From assembly GCA_040954595.2 (NCBI GenBank), contig CM082584.2:7211919-7275918 (forward strand): a stretch of 64,000 nucleotides of DNA, read 5' to 3'. This DNA is from Balanoglossus misakiensis. Taxonomy: Eukaryota > Animalia > Hemichordata. Each line of letters opens with the position of its first letter. Positions within the stretch are counted from its first letter, which is position 1. Below, piece by piece: positions 22,601 to 31,891 of the stretch. The notes beneath the pieces were generated by a model. It searched no databases. It was not told where the DNA came from and saw only the letters and a list, made by a program, of their open reading frames with translations. Position numbers and translations under genes: made by a program.

Positions 22601-25324
22601 TCACCTCCTGTAGTACACACCTCCTGCATTCTGACCAATTACAGCTGCCCTTCACCATTTCATTATGTTAGTCACCATTGGTTGTCGCATTCTTGCATGC
22701 GGTGGTGCCAGCATCACTTAACCAATCAGCAACATTCTTTCATGGTTATCGTTCAGTGGTAATTCACTCATTCCGTTGCTGTTAGACAATTATTTATATT
22801 GAGACTTTCTTGATGAAAGAACAGTTTGCATCCTGGATAAGTTTTGTTTTCGATCATTTTCTTATAAGTTTCCCTAAAGGTGAATCATTCTCATCGCATA
22901 CTGACTATATTCATAGCAGTTCAGTTAAACATATCTCTCTCTACCTGTGCTTTGCGCTACCACACTGTATATCACACATACTAACTTACCATCGCTTCTC
23001 TTTGCTTCGCCTTCCATCTCTACCCCAGTCTTGGGGAGAGTCAACTTCAGGAAGTGTTGTGAGTATCATGCATACTGCATCAAGTATTAAACTACTTCAA
23101 AGTCGTGGCCATGTATAGTTGTCCCAATCCCTGTTGTGTAAAGAATATTTCATAACTTTAAAGTATTGTGTCTTTATATGCGTGTACCAGTATTTGTCTG
23201 GAGTGTGTGGCTTCAAAAAGCTGGCTTATATGCCATTTTTGTTGGAAAATATACTGTTCTCATTTTAGTTTTAATACCAGGTCAAATTCATTCTGATCAC
23301 ACACCAGTGTTAGCACCATACCAATGCAAGATTGAACGACAACAATTTTCCACTGTCCTCACCGATGTTATTCTCTGTTTTGATTCTGACAGGGCATGGC
23401 TGAAAGGAGCATGTGTGTTGCTGTGTCTCCTCGGAATAACCTGGGTGTTTGGAATCATGTACATCAACGATGAAACCTTAGTTCTGGCTTACCTCTTCAC
23501 CATCTTCAATTCCCTTCAAGGCTTCTTCATATTCGTCTTCCATTGTTTGATGAACGAAAAGGTAAGATTTCCACACTCTTGTTTTAATAATCAGCAAAAC
23601 ATCCTTGGGATGGTTATTTTAGAATGCTTTTCCTGAGTGAGCAATTTTCAATGAAGTGAAGAAAATTACTGTCATTCTTGAAGGAAAAGTGCAACAAACT
23701 TTCCCTTCCAAAACAGTAAATAAAGTTGTGGCCCCTGTTATTCATTCATGATTTGACAGAAATCAAAGAATGAAAGATTTAGATTGTATCTTCAGAGTGT
23801 GCAGATCACATGCATTTCAAAGCAGTGCCTATTTGTACACAGTCACTGAAGAAAATTGTTTGCTGGTACAGTTTATCTGTTCTGCAATCCATAAGTATTC
23901 AGTGTTGTGCAGAACGACTTTGGGGGAAAGATACTTACAAGCAGCGCTTGGAACATCACGTTTGACATCTTGGATTCTTCCTGTTGTCCAGGTAACCAAA
24001 GAATACAAGAGATGCGTGCGGCAGAGCAGTTGCTGTCCAGACTGCATACGAGACCAATATGTCAGTGTCAGCATGTCCAACAACCAGGGCTCCAGATCAA
24101 GTGCTTCCTCCAAGGTAAAATTACAATATCCAACTCATGTAGATGTGTCACCCTAAATGTTAATTATAATGGGAGAAAATTCACCTGGCTTTTCAGTGGT
24201 AGTTAGGCCTCTCTGCCCTCTACAGCGAGTGTTTTTACTTTTACAAAACTGAAGGCTCTGTGTACATATTTGACGGTATGTTTTAGAACTCTGAGGGCGC
24301 TGTTAAGAGGTGAGGGCGCTGTCTATTCCTTTTCTAGGAATACACAGGTGTTGGAAATAATATGCAAATTTGAGTCAAAAATTTTAGGAGCGATGTTAAT
24401 AGTGTTTTTTCCCCTCTTTCCTTTTGTAGAAACTTCGCGACATGTGGAACGTACAGTCTGTCAGTACAGCCTCCACTGTGACTGATAAGAGATTGTCTGT
24501 TTCATCAACAGGAAAGAATAACCGTGAGTATAGTTTATGTTCAGTTCAATTTATTTTTGTAGAAAAAAAGTTTTCTCACTTAATTCGTTACTGGAAGTGT
24601 ACTGTACAAGAAATAAGAATTTTTCACAGTGCACATGATGCCTGTTATTCCTCTCAATACTTTTATTTTCTTCCCTGTTGCAGTTGATCCAAACATGAAG
24701 TATATTCCAGTACAGCGAGAACCGGATGCATTTGACGAACTGGACGAAATAAACCGGACGCAGTCAGCGGCGTCGCTAGAGAAGATCAGGCTGACCTCGT
24801 TCGAGGACAGGGCAGAGCACGACTCGGGCTACGAGACGCTGCAGAACAAGAGAAACCAGGCCAAGAACGGAGGAGAGTCGCCGGACAGCGATTCCAGGGA
24901 CAAGTCGCGGAGTGACCCCCAGCTGCCGTTTTTGGCGGAGACGTCGGACGGCGGCGGTCAGCGGTACCGCTCTGACAGCCAGAAGGGACTGATTCGAAAC
25001 GAGGAGGTGCCGGAGGCGGGGGGACGGTCGTCCGCGTACTTCCGGAGCATGCCGAACTTGCCGGTGTACTCGCCGAGCGCGGCCAGTCGGGACCCAGAAG
25101 AGGAGGTGGTGGTGCAGACGGCGAAACCGCTCAACAAAAGCATGCCCAATCTCCTGGACAGAAGCAGGAGTTTTCTGGTCGTAACGGGACTCCCGGCGGG
25201 AAGCGGCGACTATGTCATAAGCCGACCCCTGACGATTCAGCGGGGCAGGACTAGTTCGGAAAACGAGGTCAAATTCGCCAACATAGTGAGAGTGAATTCA
25301 GAGGATCACGAGACGTTTGTGTGA
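10563..25324 (+). CDS. ADGRL: Latrophilin-like adhesion GPCR (ADGRL/Cirl family), whole gene model, about 1210 aa
   Basis: Phase-consistent GT-AG exons: 10563-10623, 11997-12231, 13409-13524, 14873-14986, 15341-15547, 16991-17098, 17393-17545, 17673-17779, 18071-18271, 18560-18743, 19119-19271, 19406-19599, 19821-19867, 20153-20273, 20505-20608, 20765-20867, 20997-21150, 21331-21412, 21639-21705, 21855-21949, 23393-23561, 23992-24114, 24430-24523, 24684-25324 (sum 3633 nt, divisible by 3). Motifs: ANYGR and DPC..T.KYLEV lectin, [59 protein letters not shown]-terminal ETFV. Confidence 0.95.
11997..12231 (+). CDS. ADGRL: Latrophilin exon 2, N-terminal half of SUEL/RBL lectin domain
   Basis: [32 protein letters not shown]; taacag acceptor, gtatgt donor (phase 2). 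Confidence 0.92.
13409..13524 (+). CDS. ADGRL: Latrophilin exon 3a, C-terminal half of lectin domain
   Basis: [34 protein letters not shown]; phase 2 start, phase 1 end, gtaagt donor. Confidence 0.92.
14091..14203 (+). CDS. ADGRL: Latrophilin alternative exon 3b, duplicate C-terminal half of lectin domain (probably mutually exclusive with 3a)
   Basis: catag acceptor, then [37 protein letters not shown], then gtaagt donor; same phases (2/1) and Cys pattern as exon 3a. Confidence 0.85.
14214..14452. mobile_element. TTAA-flanked MITE (Kolobok-like AGGG ends)
   Basis: ttaaagggacaaagctgccatctt at left versus aagatggtagcagtgcccctttaa at right (imperfect TIR); left end shared with elements at 34591 and 62491. 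Confidence 0.55.
14873..14986 (+). CDS. ADGRL: Latrophilin exon 4, EGF-like domain
   Basis: [37 protein letters not shown], six-Cys EGF pattern; symmetric phase 1-1, 114 nt. Confidence 0.9.
15341..15547 (+). CDS. ADGRL: Latrophilin exon 5, Thr/Pro/Ser-rich stalk
   Basis: tttttcag acceptor, gtaagt donor, 207 nt phase 1-1, mucin-like composition. Confidence 0.85.
16991..17098 (+). CDS. ADGRL: Latrophilin exon 6, Thr/Pro stalk
   Basis: [22 protein letters not shown]; 108 nt phase 1-1. Confidence 0.8.
17393..17545 (+). CDS. ADGRL: Latrophilin exon 7, start of HRM (hormone-receptor) domain
   Basis: [27 protein letters not shown]. Confidence 0.9.
17673..17779 (+). CDS. ADGRL: Latrophilin exon 8, HRM domain
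   Basis: GTASWSC...W...[12 protein letters not shown]. Confidence 0.9.
18071..18271 (+). CDS. ADGRL: Latrophilin exon 9, GAIN subdomain A
   Basis: [14 protein letters not shown]; phase 0-0. Confidence 0.88.
18560..18743 (+). CDS. ADGRL: Latrophilin exon 10, GAIN
   Basis: [14 protein letters not shown]...[17 protein letters not shown]...TENI. Confidence 0.88.
19119..19271 (+). CDS. ADGRL: Latrophilin exon 11, GAIN
   Basis: MEVAV...TFP...[10 protein letters not shown]; phase 1-1. Confidence 0.85.
19406..19599 (+). CDS. ADGRL: Latrophilin exon 12, GAIN subdomain B
   Basis: [14 protein letters not shown]...[10 protein letters not shown]...[11 protein letters not shown]. Confidence 0.9.
19821..19867 (+). 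CDS. ADGRL: Latrophilin exon 13, start of GPS
   Basis: NSVCAYWNY. Confidence 0.9.
20153..20273 (+). CDS. ADGRL: Latrophilin exon 14, GPS cleavage site and tethered agonist
   Basis: WSDYGC...[10 protein letters not shown]|TNFAVLMDV. Confidence 0.95.
20505..20608 (+). CDS. ADGRL: Latrophilin exon 15, TM1
   Basis: [26 protein letters not shown]. Confidence 0.92.
20765..20867 (+). CDS. ADGRL: Latrophilin exon 16, ICL1/TM2
   Basis: [28 protein letters not shown]. Confidence 0.93.
20997..21150 (+). CDS. ADGRL: Latrophilin exon 17, TM3/ICL2
   Basis: [45 protein letters not shown]. Confidence 0.95.
21331..21412 (+). CDS. ADGRL: Latrophilin exon 18, TM4/ECL2
   Basis: [14 protein letters not shown]...GYGTDR. 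Confidence 0.9.
21639..21705 (+). CDS. ADGRL: Latrophilin exon 19, ECL2/TM5
   Basis: [22 protein letters not shown]. Confidence 0.92.
21855..21949 (+). CDS. ADGRL: Latrophilin exon 20, TM5/ICL3
   Basis: [16 protein letters not shown]...KINKL; ends in phase 2. Confidence 0.9.
22502..22537 (+). CDS. ADGRL: Candidate 36-nt alternative microexon in ICL3 ([12 protein letters not shown])
   Basis: tttacag acceptor, gtaagc donor, multiple of 3, open in the required phase-2 frame. Confidence 0.55.
23029..23058 (+). CDS. ADGRL: Candidate 30-nt alternative microexon in ICL3 (LGESQLQEV)
   Basis: ctaac branch-point-like motif at 22981, long pyrimidine tract, ccccag acceptor, gtgagt donor, open in phase 2. 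Confidence 0.65.
23393..23561 (+). CDS. ADGRL: Latrophilin exon 21, TM6/TM7
   Basis: [20 protein letters not shown]...[25 protein letters not shown]. Confidence 0.95.
23992..24114 (+). CDS. ADGRL: Latrophilin exon 22, helix 8 and proximal tail
   Basis: [16 protein letters not shown]. Confidence 0.88.
24430..24523 (+). CDS. ADGRL: Latrophilin exon 23, cytoplasmic tail
   Basis: KLRDMWN, similar to the latrophilin RMWN motif; phase 0 to 1. Confidence 0.85.
24684..25324 (+). CDS. ADGRL: Latrophilin last coding exon, ending in class I PDZ-binding motif ETFV
   Basis: Strong pyrimidine tract with cag at 24683; GC-rich open frame to TGA at 25324. Confidence 0.9.
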
Positions 25325-25394
25325 GACGGCGGTTTCGTCTTGTAGAGACAGTCAAAGCGACTGAAGATGTAAATCCAGAAACAGCTCAGTCAGC

Positions 25395-25481
25395 TTAACC
25401 CTTTCACCCCTATTTCTCTGTATAGCGGTCCAACTTCCCCATAGAGGACAATGGACCAAACCATGGCGGTGAAAGGGTTAA
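25395..25481. mobile_element. Short TTAA-flanked MITE (piggyBac-like ends) in latrophilin 3' UTR
   Basis: ttaaccctttcacc...ggtgaaagggttaa terminal inverted repeats; related inverted copy at 58675-58767. Confidence 0.75.
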
Positions 25482-28167
25482 CCCTCCCCTACCCCATTTG
25501 AATGCAAAGTGGTTCAGGCTTATTATTTGTATATAGAAATTTCGGTTTATTCTATAACAAATGGGGGCAGGGGATGCGACGAACATATTTTTTACTGCAA
25601 TTTTTTGAATTTTTGTTGAATCTTTGGTGCTCCTGTTACCAAAACCGTAACAGCAATTCTGATAGTTTTTTTTTTTTTAAACAGTTGTATTTGATGTGAA
25701 TTTTATTTTACTTTCAAAACCACACTGTCAGATATAACTTGCCCCTTTTTTTTAGCTCGTTCTGACAATTTTTACATTTTGTGAAAAACAAACATACAGG
25801 GTGTGCTAATTTTATTTTGTTTCCTTTTTTTGTATCCAGTTTGACTTATTTTTAGTCTTTTTCATCACATTCTACAAGTATTCACTGCTCATTTAATACC
25901 AACACAATAAACTTAAGTTTTCGTGGCACCTGTTTAAAGTATACACATATATTTAATGATATTTTTCCAACCATCAAATTATGAAATTTAGCACTTGAAA
26001 GTACAAACAGTGGCTTCTGTTTCGTTGTAGTGAAATGGTCAACACTTTTTTGTCGTAATTGTAGTTGATTGGAAGTTCCTGTTACATCATTAGAAACACT
26101 GCAGACTATAGATATATTAATTATAAATTCTCAGAATATGTTTTGTTTTCAAGTTTTCTTCACATCATCATCACTGTACATTTTGGCCCAGTTCAGGTTG
26201 TTTCACTGTTGACAACGAGATTCAGATAATCCTTAGATTAGCTTAAAGATCAAACATTTGAAAATAATGATCAAGTTCAGGATATTTTCAGAATCAGATT
26301 TGTAGATGCCACAATTCATGCTAGTTTAAATCAAAATCGAAATCTAGGTGTTGTAACTGTGAAGATGTAAAATTAGACATGAACATGATTTTGCATAATA
26401 TGCATAAAATTCTCAGCAGAGGCCAGTTGAATTAATGTTACCAGCTAGGTCAAGTTGGCAGATCAGCTTGCAGTGACTAGATTAGAACAAAGTTAGAGAT
26501 TTTGTCAAGATGATATTATTTCTCTAGACTATAGCAATGTAAAGTTCACTACCTGGGTCAGGACAAAGTTCAGACTCTAGGTCAGTAGGATAGGTTAAGC
26601 TGTAAGCCAGTGTTATTACTTTTCAAGAATTCCATTGCTGCCATGTGTATATTCTTTAGTTCTGCCTTTTTTGGATATTTTTGATCATGCGATACTGACA
26701 ATCACTTGTACCCACTCAAAGACCTTATGGCTTCACTGTGGGCACAAACACTTTTAATATCAATCTGTCCATTCTAGCCCTCCTATACCAGCATTAACTG
26801 TCTTACGCCAAAGGTCATTGAAATAGTAGTACTACACACAACGGCAGAACCAGATTGTATTTTTCGCTAAATCTACAGATTTCTTGAATCCATGAAAAGG
26901 GGTGTGTGACATTCTTTGGTGTGGACCACTGGCTAGAAATGTGAAAATTAAGAAGAAAAAATATAGAAAATATCACTACAGTCTTCCAGGGCATATTAGC
27001 TTTTAATTGTTCAGTGGATGTATGACACAAATCAGCGTTGCCATTTTGCATGCATAATTAATCCACCATGCACATTAAGTAGTCAGTGTGTTTAGGACCA
27101 CAAAACTGCCTTCACATTGTCAAAAAGATATAAAATGTGATTTGAAAAAAATGAATTTGAATGTTGATTGAGTTTGCCTGCCATTTGTAGTGATAATGCT
27201 GTGGTCACCAGGCACTTGTAGGGAGCCATTTTGGACAGAGGCTCATGGGATAGCTGCAGAGAGCTAATATACATATTACTAGCAATTTCAGCAATATATG
27301 CCTAAGGTTGCAAGATTTGCAACAGTTTGTAGACTAGGTGATATCTGTAAATTAAGAAATTTTGATGTAAATTTGATAATAATTGTACATTTTTGATCAA
27401 GCATTTTGTCTTTGATTTTGGTTTGAAATACTTCACGTCCTCGTGTCAAACACTCGGACATATTTTGAAGAACATCAGAAATCAGTAAGTTTTAAGTTCA
27501 AACAGATTTGAGGAAAAGATAAGGCACTTGGCCAGTTTCACATGAAATTTCAGGACAGCTGGTCGCCATTTTGTGAATAATATAGAGATATTTAAATGAC
27601 CTTTGGAGAGATTAGGTTTATCAGTATTTTGGTTGTTTCTTTGCCGTCAACATGCTAAAAGTTGACGAGATGTAAATATGAAGAGGTAAAACTTTGGGAT
27701 GGCTTTGCAAATTACGGAATTGAGAATGTTGGCAATCCAGCATCAGAGGCCATGTCATGATTTCCAGAGTTGGTGACACCACAGGCTGACTTTATAGCTA
27801 TAGAAATTCAGAGTTAGATTCTGTGCTTTCTACATGATGCAACAGGTGAACTTAAACATTTGTGTGACTGTATACATGAAATCTTGACATTTAAAATGTA
27901 CATTGTATCTTGTAACGTGAAGTAGTGTTAAAAATCATTTGTTCAACACAAAATGTACGTGAGCCATATTTGATCAAAACCATGAAACTTTTTTTCTGAA
28001 ATTCAAAGTTGCAACCAAAGTTTATGTATGTATTATTAAACCGAAAGGTCCACCTATAGCTATTCTTTATGCATAGTGACCTGTAGTACACTTATTTTTG
28101 TAAATCATGGTGAAATACTTTTCTTGTTGTTCATACTCTGCATTACATGTACTTTACTACTGCAAGC

Positions 28168-28173
28168 ATTAAA
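28168..28173 (+). terminator. Candidate poly(A) signal (ATTAAA) of the latrophilin long 3' UTR
   Basis: ATTAAA followed by GT/T-rich sequence at the end of a TGTA-rich 3'UTR-like region. Confidence 0.4.
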
Positions 28174-28427
28174 ATGTATTGTTTTATTTTAATCTCAGTG
28201 TCATTCCTCTTGTAGTCCTGACTTTGTTTCCTTAAAAAGTACAGTGCCCTCACAATTTATGTTTGCCAAACTTTCGTTTCTTTGTAATTCTGCTTTGTGT
28301 CACAGACGCCTGAGCAAACAGAGCAGTATATCGAAATAGCCCATAGAAACCTTGTTAACCCCTCTTCATCATACCAAAATTTGAGAGATGAAGTTGGAAA
28401 CAAATTCAGCCACTTTGCTTTCATAAA

Positions 28428-28433
28428 TTTATT
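28428..28433 (-). terminator. Candidate poly(A) signal (AATAAA on -) of the minus-strand gene
   Basis: tttatt on +; strand composition changes near 28250-28430. Confidence 0.4.
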
Positions 28434-30154
28434 CAACATCCTACGGAAGAACAAATAAACTGTTGGTACCAAAAAACAAAAGACTTGGAGAGATAATCTA
28501 GGACTACATTGCACAACATAAAAAATACAGCATTTGCTGAATTTCACATAACATATACAAAACATCACAAGCAGTTCAGTGAAGTGCCAAAAAAAGATTT
28601 GAAGTTTTCTAGGGTGTGTTCTGGGACTATGGTGTATGCCCATGAAAACCAATTGAACTATCCATGAAAAGTAACGTTTGACATGAAGTGCTGCAAGAAG
28701 GCTAGTGAAATCTTGAAACATTGAGAAAATCATTGGATTCTTCAGATCCTTTAACACAAACCGAAAAACCTTGAATAATGAATAAACAGCAAAAAAAAAA
28801 TTTCTGAAGTTGAAAATATTTTTCATAAACAAAGGCACTGTGACTGGAACTTTCACTTGTAGTCACACGACAAACTTTGACTCTGAATGTACCTAATATT
28901 GAAAATTCACACACAAGCATTTAATTTCAAAATATAGCAAGACACTGAGTTAATAAAAATACTATTGTTCCATAAGTTCATTGATATGGTATATAATTTC
29001 ATTCGATATTATTTCTTAAAATCTCTAATAGTATATATAAAATACATTTGTTATGAAGAAAGCGGTTCTGTACAAAAATATGAGTTATGGACGGAATTCT
29101 GGGTTTTTCACACATACAGATAGCTTTCCATCCTATTTACAAATTTGTAAACTTTAACAGGGTTCCCCTGTCTATTGTTACTAGCTAGTAATCACTTGCA
29201 TTCTTTGCGTAGTCATGCAATAATTTCCCCCGTGATCTCACCTTTAATCAAGGATCATCCCACCTATTGTTGATCAGGTTCGAATGTTGTACCAGAAAAC
29301 ATGAGATTGATCCTCACTAGTCACTGTGAGAAAAAGACAAAAGCACCATTGCTGATAATTACACTTCTAATTCTCTCGAGGATTCCTAACAAATGAGAAA
29401 TCTCGTAACAACGTCCACCATGATTAAAACGCTCCCCTTTCCCAATACAGCTATTTTCACATGATCAATTTGTATTAAAGTGAGCAAGAATTCATTTTCA
29501 TTTCTAACACAGAATATGGGTCACGCGTGCTCCCCAACTCAGAACCAGAACAAAATAGGTAAATGTATTTATTTGTTTATAAATACAGCTCCACAGGGAA
29601 GCGATTCTTTGGGTTAAAATTTGCATAGTTACATCTGGGATGACCAAATCTGGCCAATCAGATACTGATATGTTGAAAACAGCAGACACTGCAACATTCT
29701 GTACGACTGTATATCAATCAACTGTCCCTCCACCACTGTGATGAATCTGACCATTTTGTATAAGTTCTGGGTTCAAGGGTAAGGTACCTTACTATCAATA
29801 CCCGGTACACATACTGCAATCTCTCAAAGCTAGGCCACTAGTTTTGAAGAAATCTCTTTTTCACTTTCACTGTACTCTATGGTTAAAATAAAAATACGAA
29901 GAGTACATTATTAGTGTTTTGAAAATAAATACTCTGCACTGAAGTTTAGTAAATGTACGTTGTTGTGTGACTTGTAAAAGTTTTAGGATGTCAGTGTGAA
30001 ATATTTAACAACCATGTTTTCCATGGCAAGTGTCGGAGAGTATCCATCTTCGAATTTTTACAAAATGCAGCTTGTGACTACAGCTCTTGTCATCTGTTAG
30101 TAGATCTTTCGAAAACTAAAAGTTATTCCTCCATTTTTGCTGATCGTACTTCCA

Positions 30155-31891
30155 CTATGTCGAGTGCTGCTTCAGGTATAAATCCTGTATGTCATGCTGT
30201 GTATTCTCTTGCGTCTGCTGAAGGTCTGACTTTATCTGTCTCCGCAGCTGGCTCAGTTCATCAGACGGGTTTCTGCCGATCGTCACTACCTTAACCAGTT
30301 CGCCCTCCTTGCCGACCGACTTAATCAGCACGGCGGCCTCCGGCGAGATGTCGCTCACGCTCTCGTCGGCGAATCGCACGGTCTTGTGGGGGGCGGGTTC
30401 ATTGGGCGTGGTGGTCCGACCGTGGGCGCTGCTGCCCCCAGCATCGCTGATGTCTGCCATGGACGGGTCTAGGGGACGATCCACAGCCTCGAGGGCTTGC
30501 TCACTGACGCTGTCATTGCTCATGCTTTCGGACAAAGCCTGTTGCGTTTCCGCCGCGCTCAGCTGGAGGTGGTCCTCGATTTTTAAACTGGCCTCGGCCA
30601 GGTTCTCCAGAGTGACGTAGTTCCCGGTTTCTGCATTCACCGAATCGTTTCGCACCCTCGGCGAAAAGAGAAGTCCGTCGTCCGTCATCATGGCTGCCGG
30701 ACCGTGGACGTCTAAATCGGATATGGAATGTACGTCCGACTCGCCGGGCAGCATGGGCGCAGTGGGAATATTGATGTAATGTCTCGTGTCCACCTCGCGC
30801 ACGCTGCCCGGAGGGGTTGCCGGGGGCGGCGGAGGAGGCTCCTGGGATATCAAGGCTGCCATGGCACGTTTGGCTTCGGGCGAGCACGTACACATTTGAT
30901 GACCGTTGCTGGCTCTGTGATTATGCGGCGCGGAAGGCACGGATCCGGCGCTGGATCTGCGACTTCCGCTGTCGACGCTCGTGTCCGATCTCACCACCTG
31001 CATCTGCTTTCCCCGCAAGTTGATCAGGTCGCCCGACTTGGCGTCGCGGGATTTCAAGCCGTCGGGGGCCCGGTTGGTCTCGGTGACCGTGGATATGACC
31101 CGGGCGTTGTGCTGCGCGCTGGACGCGCCCATGTCCGTGTTGCTCCGGCTGATCAGGGGGGAATCGCGCGGCGAGGCCGCGTCCGGGAAATTGATGGCCT
31201 GCGCGATCTGAATGAAACTGGTCTGATCGCCGTCCTTCAACGAGACACCCGTTATGCTCGGCATTCCACTCCTGTACAGTTGCCCCGGTCTGGCCAGCCC
31301 GTGCGCTTTACCTCCGGCCGGGTGAGTCTTAATCACCCCCGACTTATCGGGGTTGGATCTGACAGAGTTCGAGCCGGACAACACCCTGGGAGACGGCGAG
31401 CTGGGCTTGTGAGATTTGTGCAGGTTCACTCCGGTCGTGATGAAGGTGTGATCGGCGAAGGTACTGGAGACGATGCTGGCCTGGGGCGTGATGGGCTTGT
31501 CCAGACTCCCGGAGTGGGACGACAGGAAGCTCTCCCGACTGGCGCTGCGGAGGTTCTCCTCCTGCTTCCTGTCTTTCCTCTTCCCGCTCTTCGGCCGCTC
31601 TTCCACCGACTCCTCCCTCGTCGACGCCAGCGAGGGCGTACTCTCGGCCGCCAGCCTCTCGTTCAGGATGTCGTTGTAGTCCCTGGAGCAGAGCGACTCC
31701 TGGTCGTCGTCGAACTGGTCCACGGTCACCACGGTGATGCGGTTGTTGAGGCTGGCCGTGCCGTCCAGGTTGAGCTTGTTCTTGACGCGCTGGCGTACGC
31801 GGTAACTGTTGGGACGCAGCTCGGTCCGGCTGTTCGCCTCTTCGTCCTTGATCAACTTCTCAAATGTGACTGGGTGTCGCTCAGACAAATC
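30155..31891 (-). CDS. Terminal exon of the uncharacterised gene (578 aa plus stop)
   Basis: Long GC-rich ORF; ttttatgtgggtag acceptor; C-terminal helix-like DELSQLRRQIKSDLQQTQENTQHDIQDLYL. Confidence 0.92.
   Translation of the reverse strand, partial: DLSERHPVTFEKLIKDEEANSRTELRPNSYRVRQRVKNKLNLDGTASLNNRITVVTVDQFDDDQESLCSRDYNDILNERLAAESTPSLASTREESVEERPKSGKRKDRKQEENLRSASRESFLSSHSGSLDKPITPQASIVSSTFADHTFITTGVNLHKSHKPSSPSPRVLSGSNSVRSNPDKSGVIKTHPAGGKAHGLARPGQLYRSGMPSITGVSLKDGDQTSFIQIAQAINFPDAASPRDSPLISRSNTDMGASSAQHNARVISTVTETNRAPDGLKSRDAKSGDLINLRGKQMQVVRSDTSVDSGSRRSSAGSVPSAPHNHRASNGHQMCTCSPEAKRAMAALISQEPPPPPPATPPGSVREVDTRHYINIPTAPMLPGESDVHSISDLDVHGPAAMMTDDGLLFSPRVRNDSVNAETGNYVTLENLAEASLKIEDHLQLSAAETQQALSESMSNDSVSEQALEAVDRPLDPSMADISDAGGSSAHGRTTTPNEPAPHKTVRFADESVSDISPEAAVLIKSVGKEGELVKVVTIGRNPSDELSQLRRQIKSDLQQTQENTQHDIQDLYLKQHST

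Noticed and set aside
25322-25345. Stop-codon readthrough of latrophilin
   Set aside because: TGA-G context is not leaky, and extension would mask the ETFV PDZ ligand
28257-28856. 199-aa hydrophobic - strand ORF
   Set aside because: T-rich 3' UTR-like sequence produces F/L/V-rich ORFs by chance; no recognisable motifs
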